Positions 27,648-36,788 of a DNA stretch of 64,000 bases are shown in pieces; position 1 is the stretch's first letter; each line of letters begins with the position of its first letter. The notes below the pieces were generated by a model, which saw nothing but the letters and a program-made list of their open reading frames with translations, had not been told where the DNA came from and did no database searches. The stretch covers positions 64,001-128,000 of the forward strand of contig CAZLEV010000007.1 in NCBI GenBank assembly GCA_964558645.1. The letters are read 5' to 3'. The translations under genes were made by a program, and so were the position numbers. The stretch comes from an uncultured archaeon (GTDB lineage: Archaea; Asgardarchaeota; Thorarchaeia; Thorarchaeales; Thorarchaeaceae).

Positions 27648-28310
27648 CTATCCAAGGAGATCATCGATGAGCTCGTTGGAAAGATAGTCTCTTACACTGG
27701 ATGGTTCTCTCTGGAACGTATTGTCCGGGGGCATCACAAGTGACCAACCCTTCTTAGAAGAATACTCGTAGGTTCCGCAAGAGGCATAGCCTGAATCAAG
27801 CCAGTCCTCAATGAACTCCTCTCCTCCAACGACTAGCCAATAGAAGACTGCACTGACGATGCTATCTACAGCAAGTACAATACTGTCGTTTACATGACCT
27901 GATGCTATACCCTCTGCGCAAAGCGATATCCTATGCACCACGTCCTGCAAACTCTCTTCAAGCCCCTCGGTCTCTGTTTGGAGCCAGAAGGCTTTGAGCA
28001 CAGACTCGTAGTTTCTGAGTTTGCTTTCGGGTAGTTCTATAGATTTCAGGCAGTCCTTTACCTCCACTGCAACCTCGAAGTGCTTTCGCAGGAGCCCCGC
28101 GGTCTCTAGACTCGGTTCTTCAGGTCCGGAGTATATCCTACTTGTTGTGGAGATAATCCTTGAGTGTATCAGATCATCGACCTGCTCCCTCCCTGCTTCT
28201 GACAGAGATTGAGAGTCATCAGGTTCAGTCTCACCATGAACGACTACGTAGACAAGAGTCCTTGGTGCGAGAGAGGCCCCTGTTTCCTTTTCCTGAATCA
28301 AGTCGAACAT
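27648..28310 (-). CDS. Histidine-phosphatase (phosphoglycerate mutase) fold protein, degenerate
   Basis: YVVVHGET...LSEAGREQ, IYSGP, ETA, ESLQDVVHRI. RHG is replaced by VHG and the second His motif is missing. Confidence 0.7.
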   Translation of the reverse strand: MFDLIQEKETGASLAPRTLVYVVVHGETEPDDSQSLSEAGREQVDDLIHSRIISTTSRIYSGPEEPSLETAGLLRKHFEVAVEVKDCLKSIELPESKLRNYESVLKAFWLQTETEGLEESLQDVVHRISLCAEGIASGHVNDSIVLAVDSIVSAVFYWLVVGGEEFIEDWLDSGYASCGTYEYSSKKGWSLVMPPDNTFQREPSSVRDYLSNELIDDLLG

Positions 28311-28457
28311 CTAACCACCGTTGGACTGAAGGCGACAGGAGTTCAATATAATCTCTGCGTTTCCCTCCCTCCATGCACTGTAACGCCTTTCATATATAGA
28401 GAGAGTTTCTGCTGCTGATGGCTACAGCATTACCACCGATACGGTATAATTGCCGAG

Positions 28458-28814
28458 TCAATCTATTAACTCGTCGATCTTTGCTGCCATGATGAAATCA
28501 TTATCATGTAAGCCGTCAATGGCATGTGTATAGAGAGTCAGTGTGACTTCGTTCCAGTGAATTTCAATGTCTGGATGGTGCCCTTGGTCCTCGGCTATCT
28601 CTGCCACCCTGTTGACAAAATCCATTGCCCCATTGAAGTCTTTGAACTTGAACTCTCTTCTGATTCTCTTCGGCTCCTCTTCTATGAGTCCCCAACCAGG
28701 AACATCGGATAGGTATGCTTCTATCTTGCGATTCTTGAGCGGCGGTATGCCGCCCTCACAGGGAACACACTTGAGCGACGCCAGTTCTTTGTGTGATTCA
28801 TTCAAAAACATCAT
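28458..28814 (-). CDS. phhB: Pterin-4a-carbinolamine dehydratase
   Basis: CVPCEGG, FKFKDF, AEDQGHHPDI, LYTHAIDGLHDNDFIMAAKID. Confidence 0.93.
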   Translation of the reverse strand: MMFLNESHKELASLKCVPCEGGIPPLKNRKIEAYLSDVPGWGLIEEEPKRIRREFKFKDFNGAMDFVNRVAEIAEDQGHHPDIEIHWNEVTLTLYTHAIDGLHDNDFIMAAKIDELID

Positions 28815-28966
28815 CTGACGCTGTTATCGTGCTCAAGGCGCTTAAGTGCTGAGATACCGCACAAAAGATGAAAGGAGCCGCCTCGGTACACTACTCCTTG
28901 GCTCCAGCCTTGGATACGTGAAAAAGCATTTAGGCACAACTAATAGGATGATGTTGAGGATAGACA

Positions 28967-29662
28967 ATGAGAATCACCCCGGATAAGATGCATAAGCTGG
29001 ACGGGAAGATCTGCTTCATCTGCGGTCATTACCTTCTGAACAACACAAATGGAGACCTAGCATATGTTCCTGTTCATACAGGCGAATCAATCCGTGCCAA
29101 ACCTGACAGGTATTACATCTTCGAATGCCCGAATTGCGGGATGATGGGTCACAAAAGGTGTTGGCACGATGTTGGTGAGACGAGGGTGCGGGGAGGATTC
29201 CTCAATCTCTTCACGAGAGGGTGGAAGCTTTCGTGTCCAAATTGCGGATATGTTCTTGCTCCGCTTAGAGAGGATAGAGTCGATTGGGAGAAGGGCTATC
29301 AGATTCCCGGTCATCCTGATGAAGAGCTGTACGAGCTCCGAACTAAGGATGTCTTGGCCTACAAGGCAGGTTCTCTGTTTGGAAAGGTTGGAGCAGCCAT
29401 TGATGGTTTCTTCAAGGCTGTGGGACTCAGCAGCCTGACAAGCTCGGAAACTAATGCGGTTGTGAGAGCGGCCAATCGGATAGGCAAGACTATCAAGGAC
29501 GTCGCTGAGAGGGTCTTCAGGCTTGAGATACCTGCTGAGCAACGTTCAGAAATTCAGGATCTCACATGTCAGAACTGCGGTGCACCACTGCCGATGCCTG
29601 GACGGTTCGAAGAAGCAGTTGTCTGCGAACACTGCGGTACTGCACATCTGCTTCCCACGTGA
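28967..29662 (+). CDS. C4HC3 RING/PHD-like zinc finger protein with C-terminal zinc ribbon
   Basis: C-x2-C-x34-C-x2-C-x4-H-x2-C(W)-x23-C-x2-C, plus CQNCGAPL...CEHCG. Confidence 0.7.
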   Translation: MRITPDKMHKLDGKICFICGHYLLNNTNGDLAYVPVHTGESIRAKPDRYYIFECPNCGMMGHKRCWHDVGETRVRGGFLNLFTRGWKLSCPNCGYVLAPLREDRVDWEKGYQIPGHPDEELYELRTKDVLAYKAGSLFGKVGAAIDGFFKAVGLSSLTSSETNAVVRAANRIGKTIKDVAERVFRLEIPAEQRSEIQDLTCQNCGAPLPMPGRFEEAVVCEHCGTAHLLPT

Positions 29663-29735
29663 CCACCAAGACCACCCTAGAATCAATTATATACTAGCAG
29701 ACAAAGAACAAGCAGGAGCAGACTAACAGGAGGAT

Positions 29736-30047
29736 TTGTTTGCCTTGCCAGTATATCTTGAGTTCAACGAATCAGACTCCCAGTTCCACGAGAGTACCAG
29801 GGATGGAAGCCCTGACTCGATTGTTTTGGTGATTGATGATAGCCAGAAGAAACTGTTGATGACCGTGCCGTCGCGTGTGGGGATGATCACCCGACGTGCT
29901 GCTGAACGCCAGGCTAGAGGAATAACCAAGTCGGGATTCCTCTGTAATGATGGTGGTCGGTATGGAAGAAATCACGAGTTAGAAGTTCTTGGAGAGGGCG
30001 GAAGACTGCCTGAAAGGTTGCGTCAGAGTCCTCGAGAAGTCTACTGA
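29736..30047 (+). CDS. Small gelsolin-like domain protein (tentative)
   Basis: PDSIVLVIDDSQKKLLMTVPSRVGMITRRAAERQARGI follows the strand-strand-long helix pattern of single-domain Asgard gelsolins. GGAGG lies upstream; the start may be TTG 29736 or 29745. Confidence 0.5.
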   Translation: MFALPVYLEFNESDSQFHESTRDGSPDSIVLVIDDSQKKLLMTVPSRVGMITRRAAERQARGITKSGFLCNDGGRYGRNHELEVLGEGGRLPERLRQSPREVY

Positions 30048-30064
30048 GGCTAACAGACCATATG

Positions 30065-30093
30065 GAGCCCCTCGGGGCTCTCTTTACTCTCTT
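30065..30093 (+). terminator. GC hairpin followed by a pyrimidine tract
   Basis: GAGCCC-CTCG-GGGCTC followed by TCTTTACTCTCTT. Confidence 0.55.
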
Positions 30094-30256
30094 TGCTCCT
30101 GTAAATCTATACCGGGGCTGTTATTACGAAAGTATTTCTCAGTCCACAACCTTTTTGACTCAGTGAATAAATGGCATTATAGGGAATGCAGCCACACTAT
30201 TAACAATGGTTAATATTATAAGGCTTTGAGCCCCTGAAGGCCGAGGTGTTAAGGAT

Positions 30257-30937
30257 ATGTTTGAGTGTTGTGGGTTGAAGTTCAGCCAGATCAAAGGGAA
30301 AAGTGTGATAGACGCTGATGGAAAGAAGATTGGTCGCACCATTGATTTCATTGTGACCTTTACAGATGATAACTGGATTGACATGAAGTCGGTGATATTG
30401 GGTGGTAGTCGAGTTGAGGAGCTCCTCGAATCCTTGGGAGTTAAGCCAGACATCGACCCAGTGTTTCAACTCGACTGCATCAGCCAAATAGATGAGGATG
30501 CTGTTCGACTTGCGGTTCCTGGTGATTCCTTAGACGAGACTCTGGATGATGGCGTCATAGACGAGCGCGACATCAGGATGTCTGAGCTCTCCAAGATCAA
30601 GGTGACCGATGCCGACGGGTTCAAGATAGGTAATGTGATCGATATCTGGTTCGATGCTAGTGGTGAACTCTGGCTTTTGCTTGGTGGTGGATTCATAGAG
30701 GAGACCTTGGAGAAACTGAAAGTCCAACCTGACATTGACCTTCTTGTCCCAAGAGCTGCTGTCAAGAGTATATCGAGAGATGACATCTGCTTGAAATGGA
30801 CTCGATTCCAGCTCGAATCGAATGCCCAAGATGAGTATGAGAAATACAAGCGACAGATCGTTTCGCAGCACGAACCCGGAGATGCGAGATACACACAGCT
30901 GAGGCTGTTTCCCGGCCCATCTGGCGGCCCGATCTAA
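30257..30937 (+). CDS. Tandem PRC-barrel domain protein
   Basis: Two repeats, FSQIKGKSVIDADGKKIGRTIDF and MSELSKIKVTDADGFKIGNVIDI, each followed by LGG..EE.LE.L.V.PDID. TATA-like ATTATAA and GAGGTG upstream. Confidence 0.85.
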   Translation: MFECCGLKFSQIKGKSVIDADGKKIGRTIDFIVTFTDDNWIDMKSVILGGSRVEELLESLGVKPDIDPVFQLDCISQIDEDAVRLAVPGDSLDETLDDGVIDERDIRMSELSKIKVTDADGFKIGNVIDIWFDASGELWLLLGGGFIEETLEKLKVQPDIDLLVPRAAVKSISRDDICLKWTRFQLESNAQDEYEKYKRQIVSQHEPGDARYTQLRLFPGPSGGPI

Positions 30938-31100
30938 CTTCAGATTGTGACAACGGCCCCGTCTTGAAGCACCGCTCATTGCGTTATCGTGAGCGCAAGT
31001 ATATCTCAGGCTAGGAGAAGGTGCATCCAGAATATCCCTATATAGTATTGCCGTGATAATACATTGCCCCACCTTCGATGCTGCGAAGGAGCATGAGGAG

Positions 31101-31694
31101 ATGCATAGATCCGGCGGTAAGCAGTTCAAGATATCTCTCATAGGCGATCCTTATGTAGGAAAGACCAGCATTAGAAGGAGCTATCTCGATAAGGTCTTCA
31201 AGACATCGTATATCCCGACCATTGGTGTTGATTTTGCTCGGAAGTCGATTGTTGTTGATGGGACTCCCGTTCATCTTGTCATATGGGACATAGCAGGGCA
31301 GCCCCTATACGAGAGTCTCCGCAAGCGTTACTATGAAGGGTGCAGAGGTCTCATCATTGTGTACTCTGTGGTTAACCGAGAGTCTTTTGACCATGTAGAA
31401 GATTGGCTGGTTCAGGCACAAGGGTTCATGGGAAAGCTCCCACCCTTGCTTGTCATCGGCAACAAGACTGACCTGCGACTCGATCGCTCTCCCGGAGAGG
31501 TGGTTAGTACTGAAGAAGGGCGGGAATTCTCCAGGATTATCGGGCAACGACTGAGAAGCAAGGCTCTGTTCATCGAGACTTCTGCTCTCACAGGACATAA
31601 CATCGATGAGGCCTTCAACGCTCTCGTGAGAATGATGCTAGAGCAGGTCGGTCATGGGTCACAGGATGCCAAGAGGCCTAGCTTCGAGCTATAG
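31101..31694 (+). CDS. Rab-like small GTPase
   Basis: G1 GDPYVGKTS, G2 YIPTIGVDF, G3 WDIAGQ, G4 NKTD, G5 ETSAL. No C-terminal Cys prenylation motif. ATG 31101 follows GAGGAG (track start 31053). Confidence 0.92.
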   Translation: MHRSGGKQFKISLIGDPYVGKTSIRRSYLDKVFKTSYIPTIGVDFARKSIVVDGTPVHLVIWDIAGQPLYESLRKRYYEGCRGLIIVYSVVNRESFDHVEDWLVQAQGFMGKLPPLLVIGNKTDLRLDRSPGEVVSTEEGREFSRIIGQRLRSKALFIETSALTGHNIDEAFNALVRMMLEQVGHGSQDAKRPSFEL

Positions 31695-31752
31695 CGCATT
31701 ATCTCTGACTAGACGAAACACCAATAAGTCCGGCCTTGGTTTATCCATTCAC

Positions 31753-32403
31753 ATGACGCGCAAGGGAGTCCTCTTCGTGCTGTTTCTGTGTATCACGGCG
31801 AGTATTCCATTCCTGGCCCATCACCGCTCAAACGCCTTGGCGTATGTCCAAAGTCAGACATCAAATGGCCCAACGATCGAATGGTACGATGTTCCTGAGA
31901 ACGGTACGCTTGCATTCTCCTGGGATGGAGCCTACACTGGACAGACTGAAGAGGTCTGGACCCACAGACATTGGGTGAACGATTCGGATGGGGTCGATTG
32001 CGTTATTTTCAGGTACAGGTGGTCCTCGGAAGGTGAATGGACGAACAAGACGGCCACACGGATCCAAGGCAATGAAACGAGAGGTCTTTACGAGTCCAAT
32101 TTCACATATGCAGTCTGGTGGAACTATGAAACTGGCCGTCCAGAGACTGAGGGCTCAGGAGGCAATTTCTACTACAAGGTCTGGGCTAACGATACCATGG
32201 GTAATTGGAATGAAGTCCCGGAGGTGGGCTACATGGGCGGCTATATGTATGTTGAGCCTCCTCCAGTTGCGGGACTATGGTCCATCCTCGAGTTGGTTTT
32301 TCTCACTCTTGTCATTGTCGGGGGCATTGTGGCTCTTGCCGTCCTTGTGGTAGGACACGTAAAGGTGAGGCCTGGTCGAGAGAACCCTGAAATCGCACCT
32401 TGA
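31753..32403 (+). CDS. Membrane-anchored protein with one Ig-like extracellular domain
   Basis: Signal peptide from ATG 31753; WVNDSDGVDCVIFRY...YYKVWANDTMGNW; C-terminal TM. Confidence 0.7.
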   Translation: MTRKGVLFVLFLCITASIPFLAHHRSNALAYVQSQTSNGPTIEWYDVPENGTLAFSWDGAYTGQTEEVWTHRHWVNDSDGVDCVIFRYRWSSEGEWTNKTATRIQGNETRGLYESNFTYAVWWNYETGRPETEGSGGNFYYKVWANDTMGNWNEVPEVGYMGGYMYVEPPPVAGLWSILELVFLTLVIVGGIVALAVLVVGHVKVRPGRENPEIAP

Positions 32404-32492
32404 GACCCTGAGACCAAGAAATAGATGAGCGAGTTGCCGCATCCCATTCCGGAACCGAGGCAGCCCAAAAGGTTCAGTCACACAAGGGAACT

Positions 32493-34679
32493 CTATTTCC
32501 AAGCCTCATCGCTCTGCGGCAGAGTGCCTTTGGGCGGTGCGGAGTCTTCAAGTTTCTTGACAATCTCTACGACTTCAGGGATCCAGTCAAGACCCAATTT
32601 CCTTACGTGTTCAAGAGTAGGAACACCGTTTCGCGTCCAGCCACGACGCTTGTATACCGCATCAGTCAGGAGCTTGTACTGCTCTTCCCTGAACTCGCGC
32701 AGTTTGGCAACCTTGTCTGCAGTGCTCATCCCGGCGCAATCGATCTCACACTTTTTCTTCAGTTCATCGTCATATCGATCCTGCCGACTCTCGTACTCCC
32801 ACTCGGTAACCGGTCCAACGCTTCTATATGGTGGATTTGAGTCGTGGAGTCTAAGGCCCTTGCCCTGACGGATATTGAAGATTCGCTGGAAGTTGTAGAC
32901 TCTCTCAGACTGTGTGATCAGGTCAGCTGGATCCACTTCTTTGCCTGTCACAGACGTGAAGAAGTCCGCATAGAACTCAAGGTGTTCGGGGACTTTCGCT
33001 GGCTCATCTGTCTCCTTGTTGTCAGCTGGTACTACGTCGTTCCACGGTAACTTGCATAGTCCGTTCAATGCAAACCACGTTCGCCACATAGGGAACCAGT
33101 GCAACGCTTCAGCCTTGTCCTCAAAGGTGGGCATGTAGTTGTGGACCATATCGAGAAATATGAGCCACGCCTCGTCGTGTTGAGGTCCTTTCAACGTCAG
33201 TCCGTAGCCACCCTGCTGAGCAAGACTCTCCTTCGTCACATATTCGCTGTATTCGAGACCTTTGTGCTCCATGCCGATGTCCTGCATGACCTGTTCGTCC
33301 ACGCCGAAATTCTCAGCGAAGTAGCCCTTAAGATATCGAATACCCTTACCGAAGTGTTTGCCAAAGCCTTCTCCTATGGAAATCTCGTGCAGTATAGCCA
33401 TAGCCTCTTCAGTCGCTCCCCAGTTCAGAATGTGCCCCCCTGTGGCTTTCTCATCGATGTGTCCCTCCTCGAAGAGCTCCATAACAAATGCCATGGTGGT
33501 TCCGAAGCTGATGGTGTCAAGCCCATAGGTATCACAATAGAAATTGAACTCTGCGACCCAATGGGGGTCGAAGACTCCTATGTTCGAGCCGCAACCTGCG
33601 ATGGTTTCGTACTCTGGTCCGTCAACGACGACCTTCTTGCCCTTGTAGTCACCTGTCTTGGGGATGAATCCCTCGATGCAGTGGGAGCAGTTGATCGCAC
33701 ATGGTCGCCAGCATCCGTCCCAGCCTTTTCCAGCATTAGTAAAAATCTCATCCCAGATATCGCCAAAGAGTTTCTTTGCCTCAGGGTCGCTGCCTGTTCT
33801 GAAGTTCCGTGTTGGTAGGAGGTCGAATTCGTCCATTATTGAAGGCAGGTGCGCTGTGCCAATGTCTCGCATGCGATTCTGTTTCGGGTCGAGTTCCAGA
33901 ATCTCCTTGGAGTGGGCGCGACCAACATCTCGTAGCGCGTCGGGGTCTGCAGGAGCGTTCATGTCGAGCGTGATTTTGTTGAGCTTGGCCACAAGGGCCT
34001 TAATCCTCTTGTTTCGAAAAACTGTTCCACAGCCCCCCCTACCCGCCTGCTTGTATCGAGGGAGATCGCGTCGCATATCCCACCACGAGAAATTTAGACA
34101 ACCCATGTATGCATGCTCAGCACCAGAACCAGCAGCTACCACTGAGATGTCTTTGCCTTCCTTCTCGGTGTGCCTGTCGCTGAGAATCCGCGTGATCTCA
34201 TATGCATCTGACGGCAGGTCACTCGCATCGTGGATTTCGATGATGCCTTTGTCCCCATCTATGAAGACATAGATATCTTCTTCTGCCTTGCCCTGGATGG
34301 CCAAGGCATCAAATCCAGCAAACTTGAGATTGGGGCCAAAATACCCTCCGACGTTGCTGTCAATCGGTATGCCTGTTTCTGGGGAAATGGTGGTCACGAT
34401 AGACTTACCTGCACCCGGATAGAGCGAGACACCTCCGAGAGGGCCACAGGCGATACAGAGAACGTTCTCAGGGTCATCCCATTTCACCACGCGGTCCTTA
34501 GGCATGCTGTCCCACATGAGCCAGAGATCAAACCCCTTGCCACCCGTGAAGGTGTCTTTCACATTCTTTTCAACAGCTCTGATCTCAATGCTATTATCTC
34601 CCAAGTTGATGTAGAGTGTCTGATTGCAGTATCCTCTCTCCAACTTCGGAATATCGTACGTAAATTCCTTGAGCGCCAA
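32493..34679 (-). CDS. aor: Tungsten-containing aldehyde:ferredoxin oxidoreductase family protein
   Basis: SPETG..DSNVGG.FG..LKFAGFDAL, QAGRGGCG, CWRPCAINC, DGPEYET, CDTYGLDTIS, YKRRGW..NGVPT. Confidence 0.92.
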   Translation of the reverse strand: MALKEFTYDIPKLERGYCNQTLYINLGDNSIEIRAVEKNVKDTFTGGKGFDLWLMWDSMPKDRVVKWDDPENVLCIACGPLGGVSLYPGAGKSIVTTISPETGIPIDSNVGGYFGPNLKFAGFDALAIQGKAEEDIYVFIDGDKGIIEIHDASDLPSDAYEITRILSDRHTEKEGKDISVVAAGSGAEHAYMGCLNFSWWDMRRDLPRYKQAGRGGCGTVFRNKRIKALVAKLNKITLDMNAPADPDALRDVGRAHSKEILELDPKQNRMRDIGTAHLPSIMDEFDLLPTRNFRTGSDPEAKKLFGDIWDEIFTNAGKGWDGCWRPCAINCSHCIEGFIPKTGDYKGKKVVVDGPEYETIAGCGSNIGVFDPHWVAEFNFYCDTYGLDTISFGTTMAFVMELFEEGHIDEKATGGHILNWGATEEAMAILHEISIGEGFGKHFGKGIRYLKGYFAENFGVDEQVMQDIGMEHKGLEYSEYVTKESLAQQGGYGLTLKGPQHDEAWLIFLDMVHNYMPTFEDKAEALHWFPMWRTWFALNGLCKLPWNDVVPADNKETDEPAKVPEHLEFYADFFTSVTGKEVDPADLITQSERVYNFQRIFNIRQGKGLRLHDSNPPYRSVGPVTEWEYESRQDRYDDELKKKCEIDCAGMSTADKVAKLREFREEQYKLLTDAVYKRRGWTRNGVPTLEHVRKLGLDWIPEVVEIVKKLEDSAPPKGTLPQSDEAWK

Positions 34680-34800
34680 TTGATATCACCTAAAAGGATC
34701 CCACAGTGTAAGTGCTGTATCCCGTCGTGGGTGGTTTGTCCTGAACAGATATATCAGTCTTAAGTTAGTCGACATGTCTGTGTGTGCCGGTCGGAGCTAT

Positions 34801-36141
34801 TCAGAGTACCCAGAGCACCAGAAACTCGATGCCTATTGCAGCGAGGACATATGCCACGAACATCGCTACATCAATGCGGATGGCGCCGCCGAGTGCGGTC
34901 TCGTAGTAGTAGCCCCAATGGAAATCCGTCATGTGGTCTGACTCCTTCAGTAACTTTCGGAGGGCCTGCTGACTCTCGCGGTGGAGCACTATGTTGAGTC
35001 TGGTTGTGTAGCCAAGAACAATCCCTCCCAGTATGAGAAAGATGTGTACCAAGTGCTCTCCTAGAGTTGCGCCTATAACAGCGACAATCAAGATGTATCC
35101 CAAGAGGAAGATGAGGTTGAAAACTACCAGCAGTCTTCGTCTGAGACTTACCTGACTGAACATTGGAGTTGCAAGTCTTCGGAGCTTGGCCACCGTTAGA
35201 CGTTTCGCCTCTTCCGCACCCATGTCATGAATCTCGAATGTTAGTCTTGAGTCCTCTTCGTAGAAGGTGAACCATCTGCATTGTGGGAATCTACTCTCTC
35301 GAAATACAACCCTAAGATCATCAGCAGTGCATCCGGTGTCTTCTTCAAAGAGGTCATGGAGTTCAAGTGCTGCGATCTCCGCGGCAATCAAGGCCTTGAG
35401 TTTCTCGGCAGTCTCCTTCTCCTGTCTTGTCAATTCAAGCAGTTCCCCGTCGTCATTCCCGATTTCGTCCCAGCAAGGATTGTGGTCAAGAGCTTTGTAC
35501 TGAGCAATGAAGAAAGAAGGAATGGAAACAAGCAAAGCCAAGAAGAAGATGATGGGCGGGTATGAATTGAAGTCCAGCGTGAGAACAGCAGGCCTTAGAA
35601 TGAGCAGCATGAAAGCGACGAAAGCGAGGAAGGGCCAGGCAATCTGTGCTGGGCTCTTAGTCACTTCATATCGGTCGTCGTCGAATTCAGTCAGGCCGCC
35701 AAGCTTGCTTAGTTCTTCAACCAGCTCTCTTCGCCATCTTGGATGTCTGATGGCTAGGGCATAAGAGAATCCAACGAGAATGCCCCCGATGCCAACATCT
35801 GTTACTATGGAGAAAGCCAGTGAGTACTGAGGAAGAGCTCTACCTAGCAGCAGGTGAATAATGGAGATTGCTACGATGGCAACGAATCCTGTCAGAACCA
35901 CTAGATTGGGGCGGTCTGCAATGAACCATTTATAGGAGGGCCATTTCTTCCTCACAGCATACCTCCCCACTAGTTGTCGTACTTGAGATGCGTGTTCTAC
36001 CTCAACTGCTATCGTACCATCCGATACCTGGCGGAGCGAGGGGCTGTACGCATCTTGAAGGGCCCTTACAATCACTCTTTCGCCTAAACCGCTCTTTTCG
36101 GTGATATCATCGGCTATGTCCTGTGCTTCATTCGTCTCCAC
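34801..36141 (-). CDS. Hypothetical multi-pass membrane protein with apparent internal duplication
   Basis: 446-aa ORF with two similar soluble-domain + TM-hairpin + helix + TM units. Confidence 0.7.
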   Translation of the reverse strand: METNEAQDIADDITEKSGLGERVIVRALQDAYSPSLRQVSDGTIAVEVEHASQVRQLVGRYAVRKKWPSYKWFIADRPNLVVLTGFVAIVAISIIHLLLGRALPQYSLAFSIVTDVGIGGILVGFSYALAIRHPRWRRELVEELSKLGGLTEFDDDRYEVTKSPAQIAWPFLAFVAFMLLILRPAVLTLDFNSYPPIIFFLALLVSIPSFFIAQYKALDHNPCWDEIGNDDGELLELTRQEKETAEKLKALIAAEIAALELHDLFEEDTGCTADDLRVVFRESRFPQCRWFTFYEEDSRLTFEIHDMGAEEAKRLTVAKLRRLATPMFSQVSLRRRLLVVFNLIFLLGYILIVAVIGATLGEHLVHIFLILGGIVLGYTTRLNIVLHRESQQALRKLLKESDHMTDFHWGYYYETALGGAIRIDVAMFVAYVLAAIGIEFLVLWVL

Positions 36142-36440
36142 ATCTTGACCTCCTCGAAATCATCATGCCTCCTGGAAGAGATGAGATTCTTCTTGATTCT
36201 CCGTTCAAGAACATCTTAGTGTTTCTCTTGTCGTTCTTCGTCGAGATGTATTCACAGACCCCTAGTTCTCTAAGGATACTGCAACTGTAAGTAGACCCTG
36301 CATATTTCTACCTGTTCTGAGTGGCATTAGGTTCATTATACTTGAAGGCCTCCTTCTCACAACATTCCATTCTTCAAGGGGTAGGTGTAATGATATGCTA
36401 ATCATGGATGTAGAAAGGACGCCTTCGGGTTGAAGTGTTA

Positions 36441-36548
36441 ATGGGACTACCGGGTGGTGTAGACATCAAGCCAATCGGAGGATATGGCGCAATCAGCCGC
36501 GCACTTGCCCTCCTCCCAGCCATCCATAACGGTCAGTCAATCTGGTAG
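36441..36548 (+). pseudogene. 35-codon remnant or mini-paralog of the downstream ECF S-component gene
   Basis: MGLPGGVDIKPIGGYGAISRALALLPAIHNGQSIW* aligns to MGY-GGASVAFIAVYAAITGALSLVPIF of 36789..37583 and ends in IW* like that gene (RAIW*). Confidence 0.55.
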
Positions 36549-36788
36549 ATCCACAGATTGGCATTCGACAATTCCCGAGAACAACATCCAACCCCCAGAA
36601 GCTCATGCGCTCAGAACTTGGAGTTGAAACTCAGCAGAGGTGCACAGGCCATCTATTCTCATTTTTCTGGGTACAAATCAGAAGGTCGAAAGAAGGACCT
36701 CTGTCATCGTAACCTACACTTTCCGAAGGAATATAAGTAGGAAATGCTGTATTCTCTTTACTTCTCATCCATACGCGGAGGATAAGCT

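Noticed and set aside
32425-34763. Long antisense ORFs over aor (and similar shadow ORFs elsewhere in the track)
   Set aside because: They fully overlap well-supported genes on the opposite strand and have no recognisable motifs.
36270-36310. Cobalamin riboswitch (GCAACTGTAA...AGACC) upstream of the ECF operon
   Set aside because: Only a short B12-box-like word is present; the preceding AGGGAA/GGTG-AA-TCC core and proper spacing are absent.
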